DNA of 63,409 nt, the filler included, from Basidiobolus ranarum (Eukaryota): NCBI GenBank assembly GCA_040143965.1. It is 33 parts of 33 records of this genome, joined end to end, with 100 filler letters (N's around TTAATTAATTAA, not from the genome) between each part and the next. Parts side by side here need not be neighbours in the genome. Positions count along the whole stretch, not along the records: positions 11,596 to 13,425 come from JASJQH010011126.1; positions 13,526 to 15,354 come from JASJQH010011127.1; positions 15,455 to 17,283 come from JASJQH010011128.1; positions 17,384 to 19,211 come from JASJQH010011129.1; positions 19,312 to 21,139 come from JASJQH010011130.1; positions 21,240 to 23,066 come from JASJQH010011131.1; positions 23,167 to 24,993 come from JASJQH010011132.1; 26 more parts are not named here. The stretch is one strand, 5' to 3'. Positions 12,621-25,093 of the stretch are shown piece by piece; positions within the stretch are counted from its first letter, which is position 1, and every line of letters begins with the position of its first letter. Position numbers and translations under genes: made by a program. Below the pieces are notes generated by a model, which had not been told where the DNA came from, searched no databases, and saw nothing but the letters and a program-made list of their open reading frames with translations.

Positions 12621-14657
12621 AAGCTTAGAAACAAGTTCTACTCAGCCAGGAGCTTGCTGCTTTGAAGTAAACAGGAAAACTTGGGTCATGACCTTCAAAC
12701 CAAATCAAAGAAAGATAGTTTACTTAGGGTTAATTGTGCAATACATGAGCAGATAAGGGCCCTTTTGAGCTCCAGACTTAATAAATCCACCAAGTATTTA
12801 ACCCAGATACATTTGAACTATTTAGGCCTACTAAAAAATTGTTGAAATTAGGTAAATAGCAACTCATCATTGGAAGGCAATTTATTTACATCCTGATTAT
12901 TTAGCATACAATTCTGACACTTTAACATGTTTGATTATTGCTCTAATTGACAGATATAGAAGTTGGATTACATTTACCAATTATGGCTATTTCTCAAACT
13001 TTTCCATATCTTCTTCCATTTTGAAACATATCTTGCAGGCATGTTTGTTTCAATCTAGACTTCTCCAATAGTCCCATTTCTTAGTAAGAGATATATTGGA
13101 CATATTAAATTCAGTCAATCTCAAGCATATATTTCACAAATGTACATCTTGTCAAAATCACTTCAAGTTCCATAAATGCTTTTAGCAGGATTTGAAACTG
13201 AAGCTAGCTGTTGAATAATTGTCTACAATTACTTTTACCAGTGTATTTGTAGGACTAAATTGAGGCACATATGCCACACTAGAAACATCCAAAATGCTTG
13301 GATAATCATTATGGCTAAAGGTCTAGCTGCTTGTCCATATCTTAGGCAAAAAATATCTGTTGATTCTGTTGCCACTCATTCAAATTGAATACAATCTATG
13401 GCAGATCAGTTCTCATCCATTGGAGNNNNNNNNNNNNNNNNNNNNNNNNNNNNNNNNNNNNNNNNNNNNTTAATTAATTAANNNNNNNNNNNNNNNNNNN
13501 NNNNNNNNNNNNNNNNNNNNNNNNNATCCCAATGGGCTTAGCTAAGGTAGAAGTAGCAAGCACGGTCCAAACAGCTAGGTCGGTCAAGCGAAGTTGCATC
13601 TTAATCTTATGGGTTAGAATAATCCACAGGAATGCGCAAACCATCTATTTTATATAGATGAGCTTCCAGCACTTGTTGACCTCCATGTAAAACTTGTCTG
13701 ATTGATGCTGTTTATGTCTTATCACAGTGGAAAATTCTGCCCTTGTCTTTTCACCTAATTCTGGAACAGCCCAAACACTGGCCAAGTCTTCGTTATCTGT
13801 TCACCTCTTTCTAGCCAAGTATTTGTCATCTTTCTGCTTCCTTCCATCAACTGACAACTGATGTAAGGCCGCCATGACTTGTTCTATCCTTCCATAGCTG
13901 CTTTTCTTTGAAATACGTTTTCCTTATCACACTCTAGAACCAATGTATCTTGCGTCTTGTCCATGGTCTATATCCGTTTAGCTCCTGTTGCTAAAATAGG
14001 AGAATATATTTCCGCTTGTCAACAAGCTTTTAATTAAACGTGCTTGGAATATGATTAACCTATTAAGTAACATTTCAGGATTAAAAATAAACCAACGTAC
14101 TTTTTATTTACCTAAGCGGCTGGATTGATTTGCCTAATTAGTAAATTTTTATGGCCAAATGTAGCTAGGGAAACCTGTGGAGACCAAGACTATCACATCG
14201 CTTAATCTAGGTTTCTGATAGTGCTCCAATCCATATCAGTATTTGGTAAGCGAGTGCTAGATAACAGGTACCTCAAAGAAGCTAAATCAGTTTATTGATG
14301 ACACAACCATATGGGGCACCTTTGCTAGTGCAAGTAGAAGTTCGGACTTTTATGGGGTTTATTTTCCGTGATGAAAGTATAGCTGTACGTATTGAGATGC
14401 CTTACCTATTATTCTATAAAGGGTTAGGACCGGGAATCTCAAATTTTTTTTCATGAAAGTATTCTAAGGAACTTAAAAGTAATCGTAATCATAAATATGA
14501 ATCATTTTTTTTATCATATTAGTAAATAATATTCTTGGAGGATTTGTTACCTTGTTTATGAATAATCATAATATTTCTCTAGTTTACAGGCTTATTGATT
14601 TTGCAATATCTATAATTGTTAATGAAAAATGGTATTGTCCTGTAATGCTGCTATAAT

Positions 14658-14839
14658 GGACTTGTTCCATTGTGCCAAGATTTATTGGACCTCGGATCAT
14701 TATATTAGAGTAAATGTGATTGAAATTGATCATGCCAGAGGGTGATGGATAGTGCCAAATTGTGGTGTATAAATTTTAGAATACTTTATCCAATATGATA
14801 TATACAGCACAATCTGGCACTATCACAGAGAACAAGTCC
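14658..14839. mobile_element. MITE, 182 bp, 10-bp TIR GGACTTGTTC, 3-bp TSD AAT
   Basis: GGACTTGTTC…GAACAAGTCC flanked by AAT (14655-57) and AAT (14840-42); inverted full copy at 25558-25739. Confidence 0.8.
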
Positions 14840-15454
14840 AATGATGGTATGGTACTTTAATGAAGTACACAGTGCTCATAAGTCTACTGTGACTGGCGAT
14901 GCTTGCAAATCTAACAAGACAAAAGATACTTCCAGGTCTATCAAGGCTCAGCACACTCCCATGCTACCACAACTTAAGAAGCTTTCAAATCTACTCAGAC
15001 TCAAGATGCCCAGATAACCAACAAGACTTGTGATATGCCTAGGTCTATAATAACTCATGATGTTACATGTCTTCAAAATCTTACAAATTTTATAAACCTA
15101 ATGATACCCATAACTCAAACAAATTAATGAAGACTCAAGAGACTGAGGCCAAAAATAATCACAAGTCAACACAGTCTGACAAAGGGTTAGGGGGATGATA
15201 AACACCAGAAGGCATAATATTTATTTATCAATTTAAACAATGGCAATAAATAAATAAGCCAAGTTAGAATATAATATTCAAAGATAAAGTCAAGCAGTTG
15301 ACAAAGCTGAGTTTCCTAGTAAGCTAGGCCTAAGAGTATTCCAGATAGGATGGANNNNNNNNNNNNNNNNNNNNNNNNNNNNNNNNNNNNNNNNNNNNTT
15401 AATTAATTAANNNNNNNNNNNNNNNNNNNNNNNNNNNNNNNNNNNNNNNNNNNN

Positions 15455-17283
15455 GTCTGAACATGTTATAGCCATTGTAAACATTAAACTACCTACCATG
15501 GATTGATAAGGGAACTCCTGGCCTTGATTTAAGTCATTTTGGGCCAATTCAGCTAAAATTTGATTAATTACTATTGGGATTTGTTGCTCTTGATACAGGC
15601 TTGATATTCTCCATGTTTAAGCATTTTAAGATGTGTAGGATGTATCTAGTCTGATTCAGCATGATTTTCTGATTGGGTTCATCTCTCTTGATTGGGATTC
15701 CAAGAAAGGATCTTAATTCACCCACATCAGTCATCTGAAATTGGTTTGATAAGCTGCTTTTTGTCAGGTTAAGTACTTCTAGATTATATGTGGTTATGAA
15801 CAAGTCATCTACATATGGTGCCAAGATAAAGCGCCTACTTCCAGTTGCTTTGATGTAATTAATATGGTCTGCTGAGCATATTTGGATTCCTAGTGATTCC
15901 AAGTAGGTACCAGTCTTAGGGTACTATGCCATGGATGCTTGCTTGAGTCTGTATAGTAATTCCCTGCAGCATACAGACCATATCAGGATGTTTTGGGTCA
16001 ACAAATCCATCTGATTACTCCTAGTAGATCTCTTTTTACAGATTTTTATTCAGAAAGGCTGTTTTTACATCCATTTGATGTAAATCAAGGTTATGGAATG
16101 CCAAGAGTGCCAAGATTGATGTAAATGAGCTAAAAATATCTATGGAGCAAATTTTTCAATACAATCAACACCTGTAGTCTAGAAATATTCTTTTGCACCT
16201 AAGCTTGCTTTGTAGCTTTTTATAGTTCCATAAGCTTGGTTTTTGACTTTGTTGACCTATTTGTAAACTATTGGCTTTCTCCCTGATGGTAGCAAACTTA
16301 GAACCTATGTTTTATTGTCTGGAAGTGAAGAAAATTCATCAAGCATTGTTTTTTCCCTTATTTTGATTTGTGGGCACTCCACAGCATGACCTAGAGTCTG
16401 TGACTCATCACAGAATGCTGCATAAACATATAAAACATCATTAGAAGTGTTCCACAACTTCCCTGGCTTATTCTCTCCTTCTGGATGATTTTCAAAATCC
16501 TAAATCATCCTCTGATGTTATTGCAACTGGAACTTGGGATGAATTGGGCTCAGATGCACCTGTAATTTTGTAAAACACTTCCAGAATAGGACTGATGGCA
16601 TTTTCTGGATCATGTACAGTGATTTAAGGTGGAAAATTGCTTTTTCATTGGATTTCACTTCTCTGCACACAATTAACTTCTGATTTTTGGTATCAAACAA
16701 TCTGTAGGCCTTAGATCCTTCACAGTAACAAAGAAATATGCATATATATATGCAGCCTTCATACAGATCAACTTTAGTGATATTTACAGTTTCTAAGCCT
16801 GAAACAAGCTAATTTTGTATCATTTGCTTCAGGTTTTGTTCCCCAATGTGACGTAATCTTCTATACCATGCTTTACAACTTATTTCACTGGTTTTGGCCA
16901 AGTTCACATGCTCAGAATGCAACTTGTTGATATCTAGCTTGCGTAAGATTTGAGTTTTGATCCAAGTAGCTAATTTGGTATTATTCTGCTCTTTAATAGG
17001 GCACTAGTCTTGCTGAGTACAAGATGTAGTCCTTGAGTTATTGCTTGGCTTACTGAGAATAGATTCATGTATATTTTTAGTACATAGAGTAGAGCATCCT
17101 ATTTTGCAGATGTTGTAGCTGAATTTTGGTCCAAATTGAGCAATACTGTGCCCTTGCCAACTGATATCTGATACATAGTTACAATTTAAGTAGGCTTTCC
17201 TTATTGGGATTGGTTTTAAGCTGGAAAACTAATCTATCTTGTTTGACATATGCTGAGCAGCTCCTGAATCAATGTACCACATT
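15455..17283 (-). mobile_element. Ty1/copia pol remnant (protease, integrase C-terminus, RT); integrase core apparently missing
   Basis: MWYIDSGAAQHM, SKAYRLFD..REV, HQMDVKTAFL, YVDDLFI and FQMTDVGEL motifs. Confidence 0.85.
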
Positions 17284-17383
17284 NNNNNNNNNNNNNNNNN
17301 NNNNNNNNNNNNNNNNNNNNNNNNNNNTTAATTAATTAANNNNNNNNNNNNNNNNNNNNNNNNNNNNNNNNNNNNNNNNNNNN

Positions 17384-19076
17384 ACATAAACCAATCCTAA
17401 GGAAGGTCTAAATTTCTCAAATTTCTGTCAGGCTAATGGTTTGGTTAATATATCAGCAATCATGTCTTCTGTAGAACCATAAGTTAAGTCTATATAATTA
17501 TTCCCAATAGTCTATCTAATGGAGTGCTGTCTAATATCTATATGCTTGCTTCTATTATGAAACATGGGACTTTTAGCTAATTTGTTACAACTTTGATTAT
17601 CTTTAAATATTGTAGTTGGTGCATTTTCAAAATGATTTATATCTGTCAAGAGTTTTCTGAGTAATATTGCTTCTCTTGTTGCTTCACAAGCAGCCATGCT
17701 CTCTGCTTCTGTTGCTGAAAATGCTATGATAGGTTTGTTCTTTGATTTCTGAGAAATGGCTCCATTACAGCAAAAAAACAAATATCCTGTTTTAGATCTC
17801 CAGTCCTCAATATCTCTTCCCCAATTTGCCTCTGAATATATAATCAGACCAAAGTTTGATCCAGAATATATATATAATACAAGCACAGATCCACAGTACC
17901 TTTCAAATAACTGAAAATTGACTTAACTGCTATGAATTGACCAGATCCATAATTTTGAAGATATTGACACATCCCTCCCACAGAACATGCAATATCTGGC
18001 CATGTTCCAAACATGATATATATCAATCTACCAGACATAGAGTAATAAGTATACTTTTGGTTTTTATTTGAACTTGAAAATATCTGACTGGAGCCATTTT
18101 TAGTCAAGTTGAGCTTTGTCTCCCTTGGGGTAGATGCTGGCTAACATTCTTCCATTTTAAACTTCTTTAGTACATCTAGGAAATACTTGAAGTGGTTTAA
18201 AGCTATTGTTTTGGTAGTTATATTTATCTTGATTACTATCCTGGAATAGTATGTCAGTTCATCACAATCTATCATTTTGAATATGGCAGATAAGCTGAAT
18301 TTGGTTCTCTCCAGAGTCTCCAAGTCGTTGATAGCTCTAATAAGGTCATCAACATATAAGCCTATTAGGGCTGGGGTTGTCTTATCTGGCCTGAAGTGGA
18401 TACAATAATCTGCTGTGCTCTTATGGAATATGAGTGTTTTCAAAAAGGTTTCTATTATGCTATTCCAGGCTATCAGAGATTGTTTTAAGACACAGAGTGT
18501 TTTCCAGAGTCTACATACTTTTTTTGGGTTTCTGGCCCCACCAATCCAACTGGCTTGCTCATATAGGTCTTCTCACCAAGCTCACCATTCAAAAAGCAGT
18601 TCCAATATCCATTTGATATTATAAACTGATATTTAGCTGAAAGTGCTGAAATCAATCTAATTAAATAAAACTTTACCACATATGCAAAAGTTTCTGTACA
18701 ATCTATTCCTGGTGCTTGGGAATGGCCTATGGCTCCTAGTCTAGCCTTGTATTTTTACATTGCCATCAGAGTTGTACTTAACTTAAAACACCCATTAGTA
18801 GCCAATTGATTTTCTATCATCAAATAAACTGGTAAAATCCAAGTTTGATTATCTGTCAAACCCTGGTGCTCATCAGCCATTGCAGATCTCCAAAAATTTG
18901 TGTAAAGGCTATTCAAGGCCTCTTTTACAGTCTGGGGCTCAGGTTCTTAAGCTGTACAGGTATTGGCCCAATTCAGGGACTAATTGAAATAGTAATCAGG
19001 GCTATTTTGAATCTGATTTGATCTCATGATTTGGGTTGATGGTACTACAATTTCTGGAATTGAATTGTGCACTTTG
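17384..19076 (-). mobile_element. Ty1/copia RT-RNase H remnant (family B-like)
   Basis: LYVDDLI, GTWPDIA, YSEANWG, ATEAESMA, DNQSC and KHIDIR motifs. Confidence 0.9.
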
Positions 19077-19211
19077 TATTGGGAAAATATGGGCTGTTTC
19101 GAGGAACTTTAGAAAAGTGGAGTTGTGAATAGCTTTGTGAGATTTGACTAAATAATGTTGACTAACTAATATGTGATATATGAAATAGTTAGGTGTATAA
19201 AGATAGGGATA
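19077..19211 (-). repeat. LTR-A, internally deleted
   Basis: TATTGGGAAAATATGGGC end joined to the LTR-A 5' segment. Confidence 0.75.
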
Positions 19212-19311
19212 NNNNNNNNNNNNNNNNNNNNNNNNNNNNNNNNNNNNNNNNNNNNTTAATTAATTAANNNNNNNNNNNNNNNNNNNNNNNNNNNNNNNNN
19301 NNNNNNNNNNN

Positions 19312-21010
19312 TTGTATCTACAGTCTCTTCTTCAGATGTGGAGCCTTCACTTAATGGGTCAACCAGCCATTGCTGCTGGTGCGCAGCTCTACGCGTCAAC
19401 CCGGAATGTCTCACTTGAGGTTTGTGCTCAACAGTTATTGCTTCTTCAACCACGGTAGAAGCTTCATCTCTTTTGACTGGCCGCCGTGACCTCTGCTGCA
19501 TGGCGGAACGTGTTGGAGCATGTCGTCTACCTTGTGGTTTGTGTTTGGCAGTTCTTGCCTCTTCAACCACGGTAGAAGCTTCATCTCTTTCAACTGGCCG
19601 TGGCCACGGTCACATGGCAGTACGTGTTGGAGCAAGTTGTCTACCTTGTGGTTTGTGTTCTGTGGTTATTGCTTCTTCAACCACAGTGGAAGCTTCATCT
19701 CTTTTGACTGGCCATTGCCGTGGTTGCATTCCAGTATGTGTTGGAGCAAGTCATATACCTTGAGGTTTGCGTTTGGCAGTTCTTACCAGCTCAACCATGG
19801 TAGAAGCTTCAGATCTTTTGACTGGCGGCCGTGACCTCTGTTGCATGGCAGAATGTTTTGGAGCATATTGTCTACCTTGCGGTTGTATTTGACTGTTGTG
19901 GCTTCTTCAAGCTCAGTAAGAGCTTCACTATCTCTCTCAAACACCCATTGTCTTGGTCTTGTAGGGATATGGATTGTAACGGATTGCTGTCTTAGTAGAT
20001 TGGTCCCAGGTGTCAGATTTTTATCCAACAAAGTGGAAGGTTCAATAATTCTTGCTGTTGGCCTTTGTTGCTGTTATGCGGTTGTACGCATTAAATCAGT
20101 ATGTCTTTCTGGTGACACACTCCTTGGAGCGGACTCTTCTCCAGATGTAAAAAGCTCACTGTTTGGCTTGGTTGAATCAGGTAAATTGCATACTACAATG
20201 CATGAGAATGTGGGCCGTCCTCTTTCTGGTTCTTCATTGACTGCTTACTCTTCATCAAAATGTCAGAAACATCATGGACTCTTCCAAGCAGGAGTTGCTG
20301 TCAATTTGTACTACTAGCTGATGAACCAGCTTGTTGGGCTCTTGCCCTTGTTGGAGATGTTACCTCAATTCAAGTGGTGAGTTGTGTAGATTCTTCTTGT
20401 GAAATAGATATCTCGTCAGGAGTTTCTTTGATTTGGAGTGATCTAGTACCTCTCTGCAACAGTCTAAACTGCTCCAATTTGCCTTTGGGAATATCTCTGA
20501 TTCAATAAATTGTCTTGCTTTTCTCTTTACACTTCTGTTGATTACTCTTGCTATAGTGTCCTGAAATGTTGTTTTGAACTCTGCAACCTCCATCCACAGT
20601 TGCTGCAAAGTCTCATTCAGTAGTGGTAGATGTCTATTTAGAACATCTTTTGTCTCTAAAGTTGAGGCTGCAACAGTTGCTTCTCATCTATGCAAGCAAA
20701 AATGCAATTGGAATTGTATCTTTGTGGACTCAAAATCAAAATTCCTATTTCTTAATTCATGCATTCTATCCTCATGCATCTTATTGTATATTTTCTTGCA
20801 GACTTCTGAAGCCATGAAGATATAGTATTCTCTCCAAAGCAGAGGCAAAGCAGCTTCCACTTTTGTCTAATGCCCCCTTCCCTAGCTTCTGTCAAGTTTA
20901 TCAATAACTCCCATATATCCAAGCAAGAATTCATAGTGGATACCAGGGCATCTGTAAAATTAGAGGCACATGGTGCTTCATGCCTCCCACACTTTCATTT
21001 GATTGCGCAA
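19312..21010 (-). pseudogene. Frameshifted long ORF of unknown family with a C-terminal 38-39-aa tandem repeat
   Basis: Overlapping minus-strand ORFs (20752-20934, 20360-20608, 19783-20031, 19312-19570) read as one S/T/R/E-rich protein broken by frameshifts. Confidence 0.45.
19328..19935. repeat. Tandem repeat, ~5 units of 114-117 bp
   Basis: The TTCAACCAC-type anchor recurs at 19331, 19445, 19562, 19676, 19790 and 19906. Confidence 0.9.
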
Positions 21011-21239
21011 GCAAAATTTTGGAAGTGGTGGTTTCCTATACCAAAGTAGGTTGTGAATCAGGAAGAGTCTGTTTTGACAAAATATGTACCTACCATATAT
21101 ATCTATAATGTTAGACTTTATTGGTTTCAATCAGAGTTANNNNNNNNNNNNNNNNNNNNNNNNNNNNNNNNNNNNNNNNNNNNTTAATTAATTAANNNNN
21201 NNNNNNNNNNNNNNNNNNNNNNNNNNNNNNNNNNNNNNN

Positions 21240-21914
21240 AGGCTCAACGTCACATCCGTATTTCAATTACCTGTCGCGTGAGTATCAAGTGTACATTGAG
21301 GGTATTTCATGTTGAAGTCTTGCTGATCTTCACATTTGAATTCAGTTGTCTGCCATTGCTGGAAGCATCAAAACGTCAGAGTGCCGACCCAGCAAGAGTT
21401 ATAAATGTTGGATCGATTGCAGGTTTTATCACTTTATTTAAGTTACATATAGAAGGAACCTAACCCAATCAATATCTTAGGGGTTATTCATAGCCCTAAC
21501 TTTGATGGGTACTCCTATCAAAGCTCAAAAGCTGCTGTGCTACATTTATCTTCTATATTGTCTTCACATTTGGCGGGGAGGAAAATAAATGTGGTATGCA
21601 TTGCTCCCGGACTCTTCCCAAGGTTTGTGATTCTCGTACACTTGCGAGTGATGGCGTTCTAACTCTAATTCTACAAACAGTGAAATGAGTAAAGATGTCA
21701 TTGAGAAACCTGAATTTTTACAAGCAATTCCACAAGGTAGAACCTATTAATTCATCACAAGGTGCATTAAATTGCTCACCAAAGATACTCTATAGGCCGT
21801 ACCGGGAATGAAACAGATATGGGTGGCTTAGGATTATTCTTATGTTCGAAGGCAGCGGCTTATATCAATGGCTCCACCATTACCATTGATGGTGGTGGCG
21901 CCTTATGGATGTAG
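21240..21914 (+). CDS. Short-chain dehydrogenase/reductase (classical SDR), 5'-truncated, 4 introns (21278-21345, 21423-21480, 21623-21680, 21737-21795)
   Basis: The spliced product reads LNVTSVF…PARVINVGSIAG…YSYQSSKAAV…INVVCIAPGLFPSEM…IPQGRTG…YINGSTITIDGG. It has the YxxxK catalytic motif, and all introns are GT-AG with branch-like sites. Confidence 0.9.
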
Positions 21915-22367
21915 GCAAGAGAATAATGCAGCAGACAGCTCACTGTATCTTATTTATCTATGTTTATTGCAGGCAGTTCTGTCGAGTGGGTATTACTACA
22001 ACGCTACATAATATCAAATCCAAGACTACTGCAGTTGAAGTAAATCATTCAATAAACATCTATTGTCAAATTTCATACCTTGTACCAGTTTACTTCCGAC
22101 CACAGATCATAGTTCTAAACACTCCTGGCTGCAGCATACTTATCAGCATATTAGTCAAATTCAAATATGCTAGTACAGGATTGTAGTATTGTCTCCAGAC
22201 TAAAAGATATCAGTGAATGAAATATAATAATGTGGTCAACCAGCAAAACATTTGTGGATTAGGGTCAATTGTGTAGCCAACTTTGAAAATATTGGTGGAT
22301 AAGGTTAAATTTTGTAGTCAGCATTCAAATTGACTGTGGATGAAACTCAATTGCTTAACCAATATTT

Positions 22368-22716
22368 TGTCAAACTATTTTTGCAACCTGTTAAAGGTGG
22401 TTTGGAGAAATAGAAAAATTTGTAGTTTTCAATTATTGTTTTATTGAGTAGAAAGCTGATATTTATATTTTGATCAAGATTTAAACAAACTAACCAGTAG
22501 AATCTGGTAAGGAAGGTCATAGGAACATGTGTGCAAAGCTTGGGGCTTCTAGCACAAGTTGGAAAAATAGATGTGGCAGAGCATTACTAAGCTGGTCAAA
22601 ATATTCAAAGTAAATTCCAATTGATAATAATGGGTGATATCCTAGTGAGATACAGGATAACTAAATACTAAGCTACATATTACTCAATAGGTGATTTGGC
22701 AATGCTAATTTCAACA
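22368..22716 (-). repeat. Diverged solo LTR-B
   Basis: Reverse complement of LTR-B ending GCAATGCTAATTTCAACA. Confidence 0.75.
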
Positions 22717-23166
22717 CTATTGACAATGATGGTTGATAAGAGTCAATTGTATAGCAAACTTGAGAGAATATAGGTGTATTAGTGTTGGAGGATCTTCATA
22801 TAATGGGGGTAGACCTTGGGTATTAGAAGCAACTTATGATAGTGTGTTGAAGTTACTTTATTCTTATGGGGGTTAGGGGGGGGAGACAGTCACCAAAAAG
22901 TGAAATCTTTATTTTAAACAAAACAAAGAAGCCATAACTACTTTTGTAGTTTCTGAACTAATGTATGGAGATCTGGAGTATTTGTATGAATGTTGCAAAG
23001 CAGAAAAGTTAAGTCAGTAGAATCTAAGACACTGTTAAGTGGAGTGGGGGGGAGTAACAAAGGTAANNNNNNNNNNNNNNNNNNNNNNNNNNNNNNNNNN
23101 NNNNNNNNNNTTAATTAATTAANNNNNNNNNNNNNNNNNNNNNNNNNNNNNNNNNNNNNNNNNNNN

Positions 23167-23350
23167 TTGCCCCAAAGATAGCTCATTTTACTCCCACAGA
23201 TGTTCTGAACACAACCCCAGTGTTAGTTTTCTGTATTTCCACCAAAATGTATAAATGCTTAATTTCTGGTCAATAAAGAATTATCTCACAAAGCTATTCA
23301 CAACTCCACTTTTCTAAAAGTTCCTCCAAACTGCCCATATTTTCCCAATA
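23167..23350 (+). repeat. LTR-A, 3' part
   Basis: Matches the consensus through TTTCCCAATA. Confidence 0.85.
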
Positions 23351-23384
23351 ATATGAGGATCAATACTTTACATGTATGAGTACA

Positions 23385-23885
23385 AGAACTTTGTTGATAT
23401 GAAAAGAAAGCAAAGCCCAGATCTAAAGCTAGGATATTATGTGTGGATACTCCAAAAAAATATCAAACCACTAGACCTTGTGAAAAACTTGATCATAAAA
23501 GACTTGTACTTTTTAAGCTTATGAAGCAAATCAAATCAGTGGCCTTCTGCCTGGAACTCACAGCCCATTTCAAGCTCCACCATGTATTCCATGTGTCTCT
23601 GCTAGAGCCACATGCCAGAAACACCTTCCAGGGCCAATCAATTGACCCATCCCCAGCAATCCCTGTTAAAGAGCACCCTGAATATGAAGTTAGCAAAATT
23701 CTAGAGTTGATCAATGTGAATTGTAATACCTAGTGGACTGGAAGGGATACTCAACAAATGATTAGATATGGGAGCCAGCTACAATTCTTTCCAATATAAA
23801 GGAGCTTTGCAAGGAGTTTCATGAAGCCTGCTCAGAAAAACCTGGCCCTACAAAGTATGGAAGCCATCACTAAAGGAGGGTATAC
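23385..23885 (+). mobile_element. Ty3/gypsy chromovirus integrase C-terminus (GPY/F region and chromodomain), decayed
   Basis: KLDHKRL..FK…HHVFHVSLLEP, then EYEVSKILE…YLVDWKGYS…WEP, then PPT AAAGGAGGG. Confidence 0.85.
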
Positions 23886-24410
23886 TGTCATAATTCTGGT
23901 CTTGGTGTACTCATCCACTGTGAATAGAACTCTTCTATTGTTAGGTTATGAAAGTGTGTCCGCTGTACCATCCCTTCTTGGCAATCTTATGTTAGCTCAT
24001 CCAGGTTACCAGATATCAAAGTGATGCTCCTTGTAACATTCCATGAAACCTTACCAATCATGTTATCCCACAATAGTGTATTACTTCCAAGACCTTCCAT
24101 GGAAGGTCACTGATCATCCTTTCATCACCCCTCTTTGCATTGGTCCTTGTACACCCCAACACCCCAACAATTGAACTTGCCACAGTATATTCCCTACTCA
24201 GTATATTGTGTCTCACCCTGCAATATCAATATAAGCTCCATATATATTTCTTGATCAGCCTTCAGTGTGATAAATGCCAGTAATTAATAAAGATTCTTGC
24301 CAAAGTATCTTCCCTGTCCAGTCTTGTCTTGTGGTCTACACCCAAGGACTCTCATGCCTTCTAGCCTTTTTTCATTGTTTCCAGTCCTTGTCCAGCTCCT
24401 TATTGTGACA
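23886..24410 (+). repeat. 3' LTR-D
   Basis: TGTCA…TGACA ends; homologous to 5915-6448. Confidence 0.82.
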
Positions 24411-24840
24411 ATCATAATTGTAGGAAAATCAACATAACTTTAATCTATTTTGGAATGACCATTTACTCACTGTAATAAAATCATCAAGTTGGATTTCATT
24501 TAAATCAATTATTTCAGTTTCAGGAGTGAAATTTCAAGATATTACAAAGTAATTGCACATGTTTTACTACAATCTGAGAGGATTATGGATCAGCACATGT
24601 GCAACAAAGATAACTCAAATTTTACACTTTTACCACTTATATGCTAATTTGTCACCTACAAAATTCCTACTTTGTTTTATATTATCCTAAACATTTTTAT
24701 AGTGTTCTTCATAACCTAGGATTAGCTCATATCCAAAACCAGTTAGTATTGATATCTCCATCAAAGCCCACCATTGTATTAACACCGCTGAATCAAAATT
24801 TTACCAGCTATCTAGCAGATACCCTGCAATATTCTGCCAC
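24411..24840 (+). mobile_element. Subterminal left region of the CACTA-like element
   Basis: Homologous to 53420-53824. Confidence 0.55.
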
Positions 24841-24882
24841 TCTGTATTAGGTTCTTTGCAGATATTTGCATGGTCAAAATCA

Positions 24883-24993
24883 TATTGGGAAAATATGGGC
24901 TGTTTGGAGGAACTTTAGAAAAGTGGAGTTGTGAATAGCTTTGTGAGATAATTGTTTATTGTCCAGAAGTAAACATTTGTACTTTTTGGTGGA
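24883..24993 (-). repeat. LTR-A, 3' part
   Basis: Begins TATTGGGAAAATATGGGC. Confidence 0.8.
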
Positions 24994-25093
24994 NNNNNNN
25001 NNNNNNNNNNNNNNNNNNNNNNNNNNNNNNNNNNNNNTTAATTAATTAANNNNNNNNNNNNNNNNNNNNNNNNNNNNNNNNNNNNNNNNNNNN

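Noticed and set aside
15183-15192. GGGTTAGGG / TTAGGG motifs as telomere remnants (also 22870, 51818 and the transposon ends)
   Set aside because: Only single units occur, each inside a dispersed repeat; there is no tandem telomeric array.
19422-20508. Plus-strand ORFs of 82-158 aa over the tandem repeat
   Set aside because: They are probably shadow frames of the repeat; the minus strand gives the more protein-like continuous reading.
21905-22186. 93-aa ORF after the SDR gene
   Set aside because: It overlaps the SDR stop and the likely 3' UTR (AATAAA near 22051) and has no recognisable motif.
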